Numbered from the stretch's first letter, positions 1 to 11,408 are shown. The stretch is 64,000 bases of DNA from an uncultured Sphingomonas sp. (GCA_964430865.1 CAYSHL010000001.1:3946-67945); one strand, 5' to 3'. Notes: generated from the letters alone by a model not told the origin. Numbers and translations are program-made.

Positions 1-212
1 TGCAGGTTGAGCGGCTCGAGCCCCCGGTCCGGATTGCGGTAGACGGTGACCGCGACCCGGTCGGGCGCCGGCGAGGTGACGATCGCCTGTGCGTCAAGCG
101 CAGCGGCCTGTGACATCAGGAAAAGCAGGGCAGGGACCCTCACCCCAACCCTCTCCAGCGCGCGGGAGAGGGAGGGACCCGCGTGAGCGGGAGGGTGAGG
201 GTTTTTCCTCAT
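1..212 (-). CDS. DUF4139-like protein, 5' part (runs off the window edge); N-terminus overlaps a palindromic repeat
   Basis: Open frame from ATG 212: MRKNPHPPAHAGPSLSRALERVGVRVPALLFLMSQAAALDAQAIVTSPAPDRVAVTVYRNPDRG. VAVTVY resembles VSVTIY of the adjacent DUF4139 gene. Alternative GTG start at 143. Not in the ORF track. Confidence 0.65.
   Translation of the reverse strand, partial: MRKNPHPPAHAGPSLSRALERVGVRVPALLFLMSQAAALDAQAIVTSPAPDRVAVTVYRNPDRGLEPLNL
136..202. repeat. Family A palindromic repeat (short variant)
   Basis: accctcaccc...gggtgagggt termini with an internal ccctctcc...ggagaggg hairpin. Confidence 0.75.
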
Positions 213-221
213 GTCGAAGTC

Positions 222-1661
222 TTAGTGGCGGGTGTCGAAGGTCGCGGTGACGGTGGCCTGGCCGTTGGCCGGAACGGTTACCCGCCAGCGCGCGTCGTCG
301 GCGCTCAGGCGCTCCGACGGCATGCTCTGGTCGACGATCCGAGTGTCGCCCCACAAGCCCGACTGGACGAGGTCGACGGTCACCGGTTTCGGGCTGGCAT
401 TGGTCAGCTCGTAGCGCATCCGGGTACGCCAGCGGCTGCTGCTCAGCTTGGTCCGCTCCTCGACGATCGGGCGCACCTTGACGTCGAACGCCTGGCCGGT
501 TGCGAGGCCGATGTCGGATCCCATCGGCGTGTGGCCGATGCGGTGCTCGCCGACGAACTGCGGATTGCCGCGGGCGTCGCGCTGGTAGACGCGCATGATG
601 CCGGCGGGGAGCGCGTCGCCGAGGCCCGCCTGACGCGAGCTCGAGAAGCGCAGCACGCTGTTGGCGCTCAGCGCCTGGTCGGCGGTCGACAGCCAGCCGT
701 TGCGGAATTCGTAGCCGCGCGCGGCGGGCGTGTTCTGGACGTCGAGGAAGCTGACCTGCTTGGTCTGCTTGTCGGCGATCGTCGTCCGCTCGGGCAGCGG
801 ATAGAGATAGAAATCGCCGAGGCGCTCGCGCGGAGCGGTCTCGGTGCCGGGCCGGTACATGCCATCCCGGGGCGGCGGCGGCGGCGGTGGCGGATAGCCG
901 CCGCCGTAGCGGTCGTAGCTGCCGCCGGCATTGCCGACGGCGCCCGCGACCAGCAAGGTCGAAGCATTGACGTACGGAGTGCCGCTGTTGTTGGTCAGCG
1001 TGATCCAGCCCTGGACGTCCATGCGTCCATTGGCCTCGTCGAACAGAGCGACATAGTCGGCCGCCCAGCCGAGACCCGGAGTCAGATAGGTCAGAGTCAC
1101 CGGCCGCCGGCCGCCGCCGTCGGCGTTGATCGTCACCGACAGGGTCGGGCGCGGACGCAATGTTTCGGGCACCTTGTCGAAGATCACGCGCGCTGGAATG
1201 CCGTCGTCGCGAAGCACCTCGATGCGGTCGCCGATCTGCATCACGACGCCGCCGTTGACGGCCAGGATGCGGGCGCGCTCGCGGGTCTCGGCGCCGGTCG
1301 CCGGATTGGTCCGGACGAGCGTGACCGTCTGGCCGACGGCCTTCTGCATCAGCGCCGCGGGCGACAGCAGGTCGAAATCGAAATTCTGCTCGACGATGCC
1401 AATCCCGCGCCCGTTCAGGGTGACGGTCGCCGGCTCGATTTGCGCGGAGACGTCGCGGAACTCCTGGCGGCTTCGGCCGGCCGGCAGGTCGAGCACACGC
1501 TTGTCCTCAACCAGCGCCCGGTTGTTGTTGTAGATGGTCACCGAAACGTCGCCCTGCGCGGTCTGCGAGGGTGACGGGATGATCGGTTGAACGGAAGGCG
1601 CCTGAGCCACGACGGGCGCGGCCACGACGGCGGCCGAGCACAACAGAATCAATATTCGCAT
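222..1661 (-). CDS. DUF4139/DUF4140 domain secreted protein
   Basis: Signal peptide MRILILLCSAAVVAAP, VSVTIYNNNRALV, YLTPGLGWAADY, LPAG..RVY motifs; GGAGG RBS before ATG 1661. Confidence 0.85.
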   Translation of the reverse strand: MRILILLCSAAVVAAPVVAQAPSVQPIIPSPSQTAQGDVSVTIYNNNRALVEDKRVLDLPAGRSRQEFRDVSAQIEPATVTLNGRGIGIVEQNFDFDLLSPAALMQKAVGQTVTLVRTNPATGAETRERARILAVNGGVVMQIGDRIEVLRDDGIPARVIFDKVPETLRPRPTLSVTINADGGGRRPVTLTYLTPGLGWAADYVALFDEANGRMDVQGWITLTNNSGTPYVNASTLLVAGAVGNAGGSYDRYGGGYPPPPPPPPRDGMYRPGTETAPRERLGDFYLYPLPERTTIADKQTKQVSFLDVQNTPAARGYEFRNGWLSTADQALSANSVLRFSSSRQAGLGDALPAGIMRVYQRDARGNPQFVGEHRIGHTPMGSDIGLATGQAFDVKVRPIVEERTKLSSSRWRTRMRYELTNASPKPVTVDLVQSGLWGDTRIVDQSMPSERLSADDARWRVTVPANGQATVTATFDTRH

Positions 1662-1729
1662 ACACCCTCCCAGCGGATGCATGTTACATTGTTACAGCAA
1701 TCCTGAACGGAAACTTGCTGGCCGCAAAA

Positions 1730-2416
1730 TCAGGCGGCTGGAGCGATATCGCCTTCGTCGTCGGCCGCGCGCGGCTTGCGGGCGCGGCGCTTGGGGCGCG
1801 GTGCATCCTCGTCCGCTTCCGGCTCGTCGGCGCTGGTGTCGCGGCCGATCGCGGGCGGCAGAGCGTCGAACGGAATGCTTTCGAGATTGGCGCTCGGCCC
1901 GTCGACCGGAGCGACGACGCTGCGCGGCGTGTCGCGGTTTTGCCGATTGCCGTCGCCATCGCCATCGGTGCGGTCGTTTCGGTCACGCGAATAACGCGGG
2001 GCGCGATCGTTGCGCTCGAAGCGCTCGCCGCGATCCGGGCGCTCGTCGTCGCGCTGATTGTCGCGCTGATTCTGCTGGCGCGGCTCGTCGCCGCCGTCAG
2101 CCATTTCCTCGTCGCCGTCATATTCGTCGCCGTCGTCGCCGCCGTCGCCGCGCTGCCGGCGCTGCTCCTCGAAGCGGGCGCGGCTTTCGCCGAGCACCCG
2201 GTAATAATGGTCGGCGTATTGCAGGTAATATTCGGTCTGCACGCGATCGCCGCCGAGCTGCGCGTCGCGCGCCATGCTCTTGTATTTTTCCAGCAGCTGC
2301 GCCGCATTGCCGCGCTGGCGGTTGTCCTGGCGATTGCCGTCCGGCCGACCGCCGAGATTCTGGGGTCGCTGCCCGCCACGGCCGCGACGGCGGCCACCCT
2401 GTCGATTATTGATCAA
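1730..2416 (-). CDS. DUF4167 domain protein
   Basis: RGNAAQLLEKYKSMARDAQLGGDRVQTEYYLQYADHYYRV core with low-complexity R/D/E tail; conserved position downstream of prmC. Confidence 0.85.
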   Translation of the reverse strand: MINNRQGGRRRGRGGQRPQNLGGRPDGNRQDNRQRGNAAQLLEKYKSMARDAQLGGDRVQTEYYLQYADHYYRVLGESRARFEEQRRQRGDGGDDGDEYDGDEEMADGGDEPRQQNQRDNQRDDERPDRGERFERNDRAPRYSRDRNDRTDGDGDGNRQNRDTPRSVVAPVDGPSANLESIPFDALPPAIGRDTSADEPEADEDAPRPKRRARKPRAADDEGDIAPAA

Positions 2417-2654
2417 ATTGGCTTTCCCTCAAAAAGCAGAAGCTTCCCCTTTTCGCCGCGGTCAAAGCGGCGCGCCCTTTTCAATGAAGGCGGCGCTGCT
2501 CTGACCCTTTCGTTCCGGTCTGCGCTTCGTGCGCTTGGCGAACGGCCGATTGCGTCGGGGGTGGAGGCGGGATGCGCTCAGCTTTTGTGGTGATGCGAGC
2601 CCGACCCTCGATATGGATGTAGTGCCGTAACGGCGGGATGCCAAGCGATTTTGT

Positions 2655-3467
2655 TCAAACCCAAGTTAGCAGCAAAGCGCGCGGCCGGCCGGCTAAGTCG
2701 CGGGCAAGACTTGCAGAAAGCCCGTTGCGGGCGACCAAAGAGGTGGCGCTCGCGGCCTGGTCGAAGCCAATCTCGACCGCGGCGAGCCCGCCCTTTGCAA
2801 GCAGCCGCGGGAATATCGGTGCGAGGACACGCAGCGCATCGAGCCCGTCGTCGCCGGCGAACAAGGCTTCGTGCGGTTCGTGCTCGGCAACGCCCTGCCC
2901 GAGCTCGCCCGACAGGGCGACATAGGGCGGGTTGCACAGGATGAGGTCGAAGCGCTCGTCCAGGCCTTCGGCCCAATCGCCGACGCGCATCTCGGCGCGA
3001 TCGGCGAAGCCTAGCCGATCCGCGTTGCGCTGCGCAATCGCGATTGCTTCGGACGATCGGTCGACACCGATACCGCTCGATTGCGGCCACTGGTCGAGCG
3101 CCGCGAGCAGCAATGCGCCGGAACCGGTGCCGAGATCGACAACGCGCCTGGGACCAGCTGAGCTGTGGAAATGCGCGACCGCCGCGTCCAGCAAGGTTTC
3201 GCTGTCCGGGCGCGGGATCAGCACGCCGGGAGCGACCTCGAGCTCGATCGTCCAGAACGCGCGCTTGCCGACAATGTAAGCGACCGGCTCACCCCGTTCG
3301 CGACGGGCGATCAGGGTTTCAAAAGCTTCGGGAATCTGCTCGGGCGGATTGAGCAGCAACTGCTCGCGATCGACACCAAGCGCATGAGCAAGCAACAACT
3401 CCGCATCGAGCCGCGGCGTGTCCGAAACCTGCGCGAGACGCTGCGCCGCCTCCGCGATTGCGCTCAC
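2655..3467 (-). CDS. prmC: Release factor glutamine methyltransferase
   Basis: [21 protein letters not shown] motifs; follows prfA. Confidence 0.95.
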   Translation of the reverse strand: MSAIAEAAQRLAQVSDTPRLDAELLLAHALGVDREQLLLNPPEQIPEAFETLIARRERGEPVAYIVGKRAFWTIELEVAPGVLIPRPDSETLLDAAVAHFHSSAGPRRVVDLGTGSGALLLAALDQWPQSSGIGVDRSSEAIAIAQRNADRLGFADRAEMRVGDWAEGLDERFDLILCNPPYVALSGELGQGVAEHEPHEALFAGDDGLDALRVLAPIFPRLLAKGGLAAVEIGFDQAASATSLVARNGLSASLARDLAGRPRALLLTWV

Positions 3468-4543
3468 GCCTCGTCGAGGCCGGCCAGCCGCTCGGCTTCG
3501 TCCTCGGCGATCAGCGCGTCGACCAGTTCGCCGAGGCCGGGGCCTTCGAGGATCGCGTCGAGCTTGTGCAGCGTCAGGTTGATCCGGTGGTCGGTGACTC
3601 GGCCTTGCGGGAAATTGTAGGTGCGGATTCGCTCCGAGCGGTCGCCCGATCCGACCATCGATTTTCGAGCGCCCGCGCGTTCGTCGGCGAGGCGGTTGCG
3701 CTCCAGTTCGTACAGCCGGGTGCGCAGGACCTTGAGCGCTTTCGCCTTGTTCTTGTGCTGCGATTTCTCGTCCTGCTGGATGACGACGAGGCCGGTCGGA
3801 AGGTGCGTGATGCGGACCGCGCTGTCGGTCGTGTTGACCGACTGGCCGCCGGGACCGGACGAGCGATAGACGTCGATCCGCAGGTCGTTGTCGTTGATCA
3901 CGACGTCGACGTCCTCGGCCTCAGGAAGCACCGCGACGGTCGCCGCCGAAGTGTGGATCCGGCCGCCGCTTTCGGTCGCCGGCACGCGCTGGACGCGGTG
4001 GACTCCGCTTTCGAATTTCAGCTTGGCGAACACGCCGCTGCCGCTGATCGAGGCGATCGCTTCCTTGTAGCCGCCGACGTCGGACGGGCTCGCGGAAATG
4101 AGCTCGAAGCGCCAGCCCTGCTCCTCGGCGAAGCGCTGGTACATGCGCAGCAGGTCGCCGGCGAACAAAGCCGCCTCATCGCCGCCGGTACCGGCGCGCA
4201 GCTCGAGCATCGCCGCGCGCTCGTCGGCCGCGTCGCGGGGCAGCAACTTCAGCGCCAACGCGCGTTCGGCCTCCGGCAAGCGCGCTTCGATCTCGATCAA
4301 TTCCTCCGAGGCGATCTGCCGCAGCTCCTGGTCGGCGTCGCGGGTCATCTCCATCAGGCTCTCGCGCTCGGCCCGCAGCCGGCGCACCTCGCGAGCCGCC
4401 GCGGCGACCGGCTCGATCGCCGAATATTCCTTGGACAAACGGACGAGCTCGTCGCGCGGCAAGTCCGGCGCGTTCATCGCTTCGGCAAGCTCATGCTTCC
4501 TCGCCTCGATCGAGGCGATCCGTTCCGGTGAGATCGAGGTCAT
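3464..4543 (-). CDS. prfA: Peptide chain release factor 1
   Basis: GGQ motif, [30 protein letters not shown]. Confidence 0.97.
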   Translation of the reverse strand: MTSISPERIASIEARKHELAEAMNAPDLPRDELVRLSKEYSAIEPVAAAAREVRRLRAERESLMEMTRDADQELRQIASEELIEIEARLPEAERALALKLLPRDAADERAAMLELRAGTGGDEAALFAGDLLRMYQRFAEEQGWRFELISASPSDVGGYKEAIASISGSGVFAKLKFESGVHRVQRVPATESGGRIHTSAATVAVLPEAEDVDVVINDNDLRIDVYRSSGPGGQSVNTTDSAVRITHLPTGLVVIQQDEKSQHKNKAKALKVLRTRLYELERNRLADERAGARKSMVGSGDRSERIRTYNFPQGRVTDHRINLTLHKLDAILEGPGLGELVDALIAEDEAERLAGLDEA

Positions 4544-5778
4544 GCTTGCAGCGCCTCGGTCAATCCCTGGAGCGGCACCGAACGCTGCTCGCCGCTGGCG
4601 AGGTCCTTGAGCTGCGCTTCGTTGCGCGCGAGCTCGTCGTCGCCGATGATCAGCGCCCGCGCCGCACCCGAAGCGCTGGCCCGGCTCATCCGCTTTTTCA
4701 TGTTGCCGCGGTAGCTCATGTCGGCCGCGATTCCGGCGCGCCGGAGGACCGACAGGATGCGTTGCGCTTCAGCCTCGGCGCGCTCGCCGATCGGGACCAG
4801 CACGACGTCGGGAGCGTCGCGCGCGGGCGCGTCGATCATCATCGCCAGCCGCTCGATCCCGGCCGCCCAGCCGACCGCTGGAGTGGGTGGGCCGCCGAGC
4901 GCTTCGATCAAGCCGTCGTAGCGGCCGCCGGCGATCAATGCGCCCTGCGAACCGAGGCGGTCGGTGACGAATTCGAACGCGGTGTGGCGGTAATAATCGA
5001 GGCCTCGCACGAGGCGGGGACTGCGCGTCCACTCCACTCCGGCGGCGTCGAGCCCGGCGGTGACCTGCGCGAAGAAGTCGGCGGCTTCGGGGGTCAGATA
5101 ATCGTCGATCGGCGGTGCGGTCGCGGCGATCACGCGGTCCCTGGAATCCTTGCTGTCGAGGATTCGCAGCGGGTTGCGCTCGAGCCGCGCGACGCTGTCC
5201 TCCGACAGCTCGCCGCGGTGCGCTCCGAAATGCTCGACCAGCGCCGAGCGCCATGCGTCGCGAGTGTCCGGATCGCCGAGCGTGTTCAACTCGAGCGTCA
5301 CTCCGTCGGCGATGCCAAGCTCGCGCAGCAGCTGGTCGCCCAAACACAGAATCTCGACATCCGCCGCCGCTTCGCCAGCGCCAATGACTTCGGCGTCGAG
5401 CTGGTGGAACTGGCGGAAGCGGCCTTTCTGCGGGCGCTCGTAGCGGAACGCCGGGCCGTGGGTCGCGAGCTTCAGCGGCGCGTGCTGCTGCCAGCCTTCG
5501 GAAATGTAGGCGCGGGCGATCCCGGCGGTGAACTCGGGCCGCAGAGTGATCGAATCCCCGCCGCGGTCCTCGAACGAGTACATTTCCTTGGAGACGATGT
5601 CGGTCGTCTCGCCGATCGAGCGGGCGAACACATCGGTCGGCTCGATTACCGGGACTTCGACGCGCTGGAAGCCGAACAGGCGGCGCACGCGTTCGAACGC
5701 CGCGACCACCGTGGCGAGGCGGTCGGCGTCTTCACCCAACAGGCTTTGAGTCCCCCGGACCGGCTGAAGCGTGGTCAT
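4540..5778 (-). CDS. hisS: Histidine--tRNA ligase
   Basis: [36 protein letters not shown]. Confidence 0.97.
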   Translation of the reverse strand: MTTLQPVRGTQSLLGEDADRLATVVAAFERVRRLFGFQRVEVPVIEPTDVFARSIGETTDIVSKEMYSFEDRGGDSITLRPEFTAGIARAYISEGWQQHAPLKLATHGPAFRYERPQKGRFRQFHQLDAEVIGAGEAAADVEILCLGDQLLRELGIADGVTLELNTLGDPDTRDAWRSALVEHFGAHRGELSEDSVARLERNPLRILDSKDSRDRVIAATAPPIDDYLTPEAADFFAQVTAGLDAAGVEWTRSPRLVRGLDYYRHTAFEFVTDRLGSQGALIAGGRYDGLIEALGGPPTPAVGWAAGIERLAMMIDAPARDAPDVVLVPIGERAEAEAQRILSVLRRAGIAADMSYRGNMKKRMSRASASGAARALIIGDDELARNEAQLKDLASGEQRSVPLQGLTEALQA

Positions 5779-5819
5779 CGCAAGCGGCTAAAGCACATTT
5801 CTTCGGCGGGCGGAAAGGC

Positions 5820-8336
5820 TTAGCTTCGGGGCTCCCGGTTGCCCTGGCGGCGGAAGAAGCTCGGCGGCGGGCTGAACAGCTTGCGGATCGAGATGCCGAC
5901 GGTGCGCCCGAGCGGGTCGAGCAAATCGGGCTGGTAGCTGAACGGCACCTCGCCGGCCGCGTCGCGGACCTTTGGCTTGGAGTCGAACAAATTGCGGAGT
6001 TCGAACCGGACCTGAGTCCCGCGCAGCCAAGGATGCTTGGCGACGAGCTCGAAGCGCTCGCCGAGGTTGGCGAACAGCCGCAAGTCGAAGGTGGCCAGCG
6101 GCGAAAAGCGCAGGCTGCCGGCCTCGGCGCTGTCGACCCTCGTGCCGCTTCGCCAATCGGCCGACAGCCGCGCGCCGAGGCCGTTGTTCGACCAGCCGGC
6201 CTGGGCTTCGACCTCGTGGCGCGGGCGGCCGCCCGACGATCCGAACGCGTCGCCGTGGAGGTAATCGAGCTCCGGCACTCCGGGCCGGATGATGACTTCG
6301 TCCCTGAGGTTCAGAGTGTGGGTCAGCGAGAATTGCAGCCGGCCGCCCTGCCGCCCGCCGCCGCCGCCGAAGCGCCCGCCGCCGAAACCGCCGCCACCGA
6401 AGCCGCCGCCGCCAAAGCCACCGCGCTCGCCGCGGCCTTCCATTGGCCGTCCGTCGGGCGGCGGACCCTCGGGCGCACCTCCGCCTCCGGCACCACGGAA
6501 TCGCGCGCGCATCTGGTCGATCATCGCCTGCGGCGGGCGCGCCGAGCGCAGCGGCTTGGTGAAGTCCAAGCCCCAGCGGACAGTGTCCCGCCGAGCCTCG
6601 TCAAAATTGACCGGGCGCAGGTCGGCGCTGACCAGCTGGCCGGTACCGTCGCGGACGAAGCGCTCGGGGAAGGCGGCTTCCAGGGCCGCGCTCGGTCCGG
6701 GGAAGCTGGATACTGGCCGGTCGAGCCGCGAGCGGACATATTCGGCGCGCAGCCGCAAATCGGTCTCGGTGAACGGCTTCCAATTGCCGCCCAGCTTGAG
6801 GACGTTGCGGCGGTCGGCATCGAGGTCCGGATTGCCGCCGGTCAGCGCGTTGACCTCGACTGTCTCGCCGCGAGTGAAGTCGAATATGCGCATTCCGGGA
6901 GTCTCGAGGAGCGGGTCGCCCAATTGCTGGACCGAGGGCGCCCCCTCCTCGCGGGTCCAGCTGGCGATCAGGTTGAGGCGCTCGACGGGCGACCAGTTGA
7001 GGCCCGCGCCGATGGTGGTCAACGTGCCGAAGTCGGACAATTGCTCGACCTCGCCATTGGCGTTCAACGTCAAATTGCCGAGCGAGTCGAAGCCGCGGTT
7101 GCGGCGCGAGATCGGCAGGTCGAAATTGACCGCCGCGTTGCCCTGGGTGCGGCCGAGCGAGCTGGAGCTGCTGATGCCTTCGCGGCGGCGGCGGCTGTCG
7201 AGGTCGAGCGCGCGGGCGCCGACTCGGAAAGTGGCGCTGGCGTCGCCGGCCGGGAGCTTGAACAACGGCCCGTTGGCGGTCGCGTCGAGCTCGCCCGATC
7301 TGCGGATCGAGCTAGAGCTTTCGCGGCTCGCGTCGCCGTCGTCCGGGTCGCTCAAATTGATGTCGCGGACCCAGTCGGTGTTGCCGGTCAGCGACCAGCG
7401 CCAGCGCGCCTTGTCGCCGTTGAGCGCGACGCCCGCATGCGCACTGTCGGCGGACGTGTCGCGGACACGCGGGTCGAGCTCGCCGATGCTCGGCAAGCCG
7501 ATCAGCGAGCGGCCGTGGCTATGCTCGACCTCGCCGTTGAAGGTCGCCGAAACGTCGCCGAACATCGTCCGGTTGTGAGTTGCTCCGCCGCGCAGCAGGC
7601 GCCGCGAGCCGGTGAGCGTGCGGGCGTCGCGGTCGTCCAGGCCGGGATTGTCCGAATCCGGATCCAGCCCAATGTCCCGCTCGGATTCGGTCAACGCGCC
7701 ATTGCCCTCGGCGCGCAGATTGAGCGTCGTTCGGCTGTCGCGCCCGATCATCAGCCGGGTGACGTCGCCGAGCCCGCCGAGGTAGCCCCCTTCGGTCGCC
7801 GTTCGGGCCTCGGCTCGGACCGCGGTCGAGCGGAAGCGCCGGCGCAGGATGATATTCACGACCCGCTGGTCGGCGCGGTAGCCGTATTTGAGCGCGACCT
7901 CCTCGGGCAAAATCTCGACCCGCTGGATGGCCTCGGTCGGCAGGTCGCGAAGCTCGCGGAAGCTCGAGATGCGCTGGCCGTTCAGCAGTAGCACGGGCCG
8001 CTCGCCGCCGCGGCCGCGGGCGCTGCCGATCTGCGGGGCGAGGGCTTCCAGAAGCTCGTTGATGTCGGTCGCGCCGGTCGCCCGGACGTCGCGGGAATCG
8101 AGCGTGTTCTCCGGCGGGATGTCGCCGATCACCGACCCGCGCGGCCGCTGGCCGGTGACGACGATCGCCTCGCCATCCTCCTCATCGGCATAGTCGTCGG
8201 ACGCTTGCGAAGTGGCGCTTGGCGTTGCTGCTGCCTGGGGCAGATCCTCAGCCGGCGGTGGCGTTACCTGGGCCTGCGCGGCAGCGGCGAAAGAGGCGCC
8301 CGCAAGCAGCGCGCCGAGTGAAATCCATCGGGTCAT
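5820..8336 (-). CDS. TonB-dependent receptor-like outer membrane protein
   Basis: Signal peptide from MTRWISLGALL, IVVTG TonB box, IQRVEILP plug motif, GGNPDL and NLFD barrel motifs. Confidence 0.8.
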   Translation of the reverse strand: MTRWISLGALLAGASFAAAAQAQVTPPPAEDLPQAAATPSATSQASDDYADEEDGEAIVVTGQRPRGSVIGDIPPENTLDSRDVRATGATDINELLEALAPQIGSARGRGGERPVLLLNGQRISSFRELRDLPTEAIQRVEILPEEVALKYGYRADQRVVNIILRRRFRSTAVRAEARTATEGGYLGGLGDVTRLMIGRDSRTTLNLRAEGNGALTESERDIGLDPDSDNPGLDDRDARTLTGSRRLLRGGATHNRTMFGDVSATFNGEVEHSHGRSLIGLPSIGELDPRVRDTSADSAHAGVALNGDKARWRWSLTGNTDWVRDINLSDPDDGDASRESSSSIRRSGELDATANGPLFKLPAGDASATFRVGARALDLDSRRRREGISSSSSLGRTQGNAAVNFDLPISRRNRGFDSLGNLTLNANGEVEQLSDFGTLTTIGAGLNWSPVERLNLIASWTREEGAPSVQQLGDPLLETPGMRIFDFTRGETVEVNALTGGNPDLDADRRNVLKLGGNWKPFTETDLRLRAEYVRSRLDRPVSSFPGPSAALEAAFPERFVRDGTGQLVSADLRPVNFDEARRDTVRWGLDFTKPLRSARPPQAMIDQMRARFRGAGGGGAPEGPPPDGRPMEGRGERGGFGGGGFGGGGFGGGRFGGGGGRQGGRLQFSLTHTLNLRDEVIIRPGVPELDYLHGDAFGSSGGRPRHEVEAQAGWSNNGLGARLSADWRSGTRVDSAEAGSLRFSPLATFDLRLFANLGERFELVAKHPWLRGTQVRFELRNLFDSKPKVRDAAGEVPFSYQPDLLDPLGRTVGISIRKLFSPPPSFFRRQGNREPRS

Positions 8337-8481
8337 TTGCCGCGCGGTGGCCAGTGCGACGTGAACCCTCCCTGACACCGGCATTCGGTTCGACGAACGG
8401 TCATTCGGGCCCGACGAGCGGGTGCCTCTGGCGGCGGGGCTGGAAAATTGCCATCGTCCGGCGTTACATGAGGACGCGCCG

Positions 8482-10077
8482 ATGACCAGCAAGTGCATCG
8501 CAATTCTCGCCCCAATTCTCGCCGCCGTCGCGCTCGGCGGCTGCGCGACGGGATCAGCCGAGGATCCCCGGATGGGCGGGGTTCCGATCACCAATGTCGT
8601 CGAGCCGGCCGCCTACGACGTCGGCCCGGTAGCCGCGGTCCGGGCCGCGATTGCGCGGATCGAGCGGATCGACCCGCAGCTGGGCTCGGTGATCGCCATC
8701 GACCCGACCGCCGTCGACCAGGCGAGGCTCATCGAAGCTCGGGGGTTGCAACTCCCGCTGCTCGGGGTCCCGGTGCTGATCAAGGACAATATCGAGGTCG
8801 CCGGGCCGCTGCCGACGACGGCGGGCAGCCTGGCGCTGGCGGCCAACGTCACCAACCGCGACGCGACGCTCGTTGCGCGCCTTCGCGGCTCCGGAGCGAT
8901 CATTCTCGGCAAGACCAACCTTAGCGAATGGGCGAACATCCGCTCGTCCAATTCGATTTCCGGCTGGAGCGCGGTCGGCGGCCAGACCCGCAACCCCTAT
9001 GCGCTCGACCGCAACCCGTGCGGATCGTCGAGCGGCAGCGGCGCGGCGGTCGCGGCGGGGCTGGTGACGATGGCGGTCGGAACCGAGACCGACGGGTCGA
9101 TCACCTGCCCGGCGGCGATCAACGGCATCGTCGGGATGAAGCCGACGGTCGGGCTGGTCAGCCGAACGCACGTCATCCCGATCAGCGCCAGCCAGGACAC
9201 TCCCGGGCCGATGGCCGCGAGCGTTCGCGACGCGGCGCTGCTGCTGGCCGCGATCGCCGGCAGCGACCCAGCCGACCCCGCGACGAAAGACGCCGATGAG
9301 CACAAGGAGGATTACGCCGCGGCTCTCAACGCGGGCGCTCTCAAGGGGGCGCGCCTCGGAGTGATGCGCTTCGCTTCGGGCTTCGGCACCGATGAGCCGT
9401 TCGAGCGCGCTCTCGCGACCTTGCGCGCGCAGGGCGCGGTGCTGGTCGAGATCGAGGAATTCCACGACCACGACATCGGCGACAATGAATTCACCGTCCT
9501 GCTGACGGAGTTGAAGGCGGGCCTGAACGAGTATCTGCGCTCGAGCCCGGCGCCGATTCCGGTCCGCAGCCTCGCCGACGTGATCGCTTTCAACAAGCGC
9601 AACATGGCGGTCGAGATGGCGCTGTTCGGCCAGGACATTTTCGAGAAAGCCCAGGCGACCAAGGGCCTCGCCGACCCGGCCTACAAGAGGGCGCGCGAGA
9701 GCAGCTTCCGCGCCGCCGGGCCCAACGGCATCGACCGCCTGCTGAAGCAGCACCGGCTCGACGCGCTGGTCGGGCCGACGATGCCGCCGGCGTGGAAGAT
9801 CGACGCGGTCAACGGCGACCAGATTTCGGGTGGCGGAGCGGGCGAGCTGGCCGCGGTCGCCGGCTACCCGCATTTGACCGTGCCGATGGGCCTGGTCAAA
9901 GGGCTGCCGGTCGGCCTCAGCTTCATCGGGCCCAAGTGGAGCGACGCGCTGATGCTTCGGCTCGGCTACGCGTTCGAGCAGGCGCGCGGCGGCTTTCCGG
10001 CGCCCAAATTCCTGCGCTCGATCGAAGACAGCCCGCCGATCGCGCCGCACTTGAAGCCGGCGCCCGCGCGCAACTAG
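8482..10077 (+). CDS. Amidase signature family enzyme (lipoprotein)
   Basis: LGGC lipobox, IKDNI, GKTNLSEW, GSSSGS, GTETDGSI. Confidence 0.92.
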   Translation: MTSKCIAILAPILAAVALGGCATGSAEDPRMGGVPITNVVEPAAYDVGPVAAVRAAIARIERIDPQLGSVIAIDPTAVDQARLIEARGLQLPLLGVPVLIKDNIEVAGPLPTTAGSLALAANVTNRDATLVARLRGSGAIILGKTNLSEWANIRSSNSISGWSAVGGQTRNPYALDRNPCGSSSGSGAAVAAGLVTMAVGTETDGSITCPAAINGIVGMKPTVGLVSRTHVIPISASQDTPGPMAASVRDAALLLAAIAGSDPADPATKDADEHKEDYAAALNAGALKGARLGVMRFASGFGTDEPFERALATLRAQGAVLVEIEEFHDHDIGDNEFTVLLTELKAGLNEYLRSSPAPIPVRSLADVIAFNKRNMAVEMALFGQDIFEKAQATKGLADPAYKRARESSFRAAGPNGIDRLLKQHRLDALVGPTMPPAWKIDAVNGDQISGGGAGELAAVAGYPHLTVPMGLVKGLPVGLSFIGPKWSDALMLRLGYAFEQARGGFPAPKFLRSIEDSPPIAPHLKPAPARN

Positions 10078-10159
10078 CGCACTCCGGTGGCATTTATCGA
10101 ATTCTTTAACCCGATGAAGGCATCATTGATCGGCGCATTTTTGGAGCCAGGGGAATCTC

Positions 10160-10504
10160 ATGCCCGTCGCTGTCGCTAAGCTCGCTTTGCTCGCCGCTTT
10201 GGCGTGCACGGAGATCACCTGGTGGGAGGGCCGCTGGGCCGATCGCGGCGTGGCCTGCGGTGCGGCGTCGGGCGATCGTCCAATGCAATTGTCCTCGACT
10301 TCGCTGGACCTCGGCGAAGCCAATTGCGTCGCCATCAAGGAGCAGGCGTCCGGGCATGGACGCCTGCGCCTGACTGCGAGCTGCCGCGATCATGGCGATC
10401 GGACCCCGCGCTCGCGCAGCTTCCTCCTCGAGCCATCGGACGGCGGCAGAGCGATGACGATGAGCGACGGAAGCGCGGTCTGGCACCTTCGCAAGTGCCG
10501 CTAG
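10160..10504 (+). CDS. Small exported hypothetical protein (possible lipoprotein)
   Basis: Hydrophobic N-terminus ending LAC, EGRWA..AC, C-terminal LRKC; GGGGAA RBS. Confidence 0.55.
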   Translation: MPVAVAKLALLAALACTEITWWEGRWADRGVACGAASGDRPMQLSSTSLDLGEANCVAIKEQASGHGRLRLTASCRDHGDRTPRSRSFLLEPSDGGRAMTMSDGSAVWHLRKCR

Positions 10505-10583
10505 GAAGCCAAATCGGCGTTCACTAAGGCGTCGATCGATGATAGCCTGTCGCTGCGGTCAAGCATCGACGGGGGAGATCGCT

Positions 10584-11408
10584 ATGGCGACTGTCGCGGG
10601 AAGTTCTTTCCAACCCGAAGTCCGGTCGGATTACCTATCGGGAACGCCGCGGGCGCATTCGATCGATCGATGGATCTTCGTCTTTATGGCGGTGTGGTAC
10701 ATCGCGATCGTGCTGGCCGGGTTCATCCCGAGTTCGCTGGCGAAAATCGCCGCCGTCCAGGCCGGCGAGCGGCCACCGTTCCCACTCGTCATGCATATGC
10801 ACGCGGCCCTCATGGGCTCGTTCCTTTTGCTTCTGCTGGCCCAGACGTGGCTGATGGCGATGGGTCGGAACGAATACCACATGCGCCTCGGCATCGTCTC
10901 GATGCTGCTCGTTCCGGCGATCGTCATTGTCGGCTTCATCCTCGCGCCGACAACGTATCAGCAGATGGCCGACAGCTTGCAGACCGCGCCGCCGGAAATG
11001 CGCGAAGCCATCCACAAGCGCATGTTGCATTCGGAGAACATCAAGCTGATCCAGATTCGGGTGGGAATCCTGTTTCCGCTGTTTTTCGCGATTGCGCTCA
11101 AGGCGCGCGGGCGAAACGCCGGACTTCATAAGCGGATGATGATCCTGGCGACGGCGATTCCGCTTCCGGCCGGGATCGACCGCGTTCCCTGGCTTCCCGC
11201 GACGCTGCCCCAAAGCCCGATGTCACCCGACCTCTACACCTTGCTGGCGGTGACGCCGCTGTTCGCCTGGGACGTGATTCGCAACCGGAGCGTTCACCCG
11301 GCTTACATCATCTGGCTTGGCATCAGCCTGCCGTTCACCATTGTCTTGCATAGCCTTTGGGACACGCCGTGGTGGCATCAAACGGCGCGGACGATGATGG
11401 GCTTTTAG
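10584..11408 (+). CDS. Multi-pass membrane protein with conserved histidines
   Basis: About 6-7 TM segments, HMHAA, HMRLG, HKRMM motifs; GGGGAG RBS. Confidence 0.75.
   Translation: MATVAGSSFQPEVRSDYLSGTPRAHSIDRWIFVFMAVWYIAIVLAGFIPSSLAKIAAVQAGERPPFPLVMHMHAALMGSFLLLLLAQTWLMAMGRNEYHMRLGIVSMLLVPAIVIVGFILAPTTYQQMADSLQTAPPEMREAIHKRMLHSENIKLIQIRVGILFPLFFAIALKARGRNAGLHKRMMILATAIPLPAGIDRVPWLPATLPQSPMSPDLYTLLAVTPLFAWDVIRNRSVHPAYIIWLGISLPFTIVLHSLWDTPWWHQTARTMMGF

Noticed and set aside
1682..1696. TGTTACA direct repeat upstream of the DUF4139 gene
   Set aside because: Could be a regulator site, but it is short and no cognate factor can be assigned.
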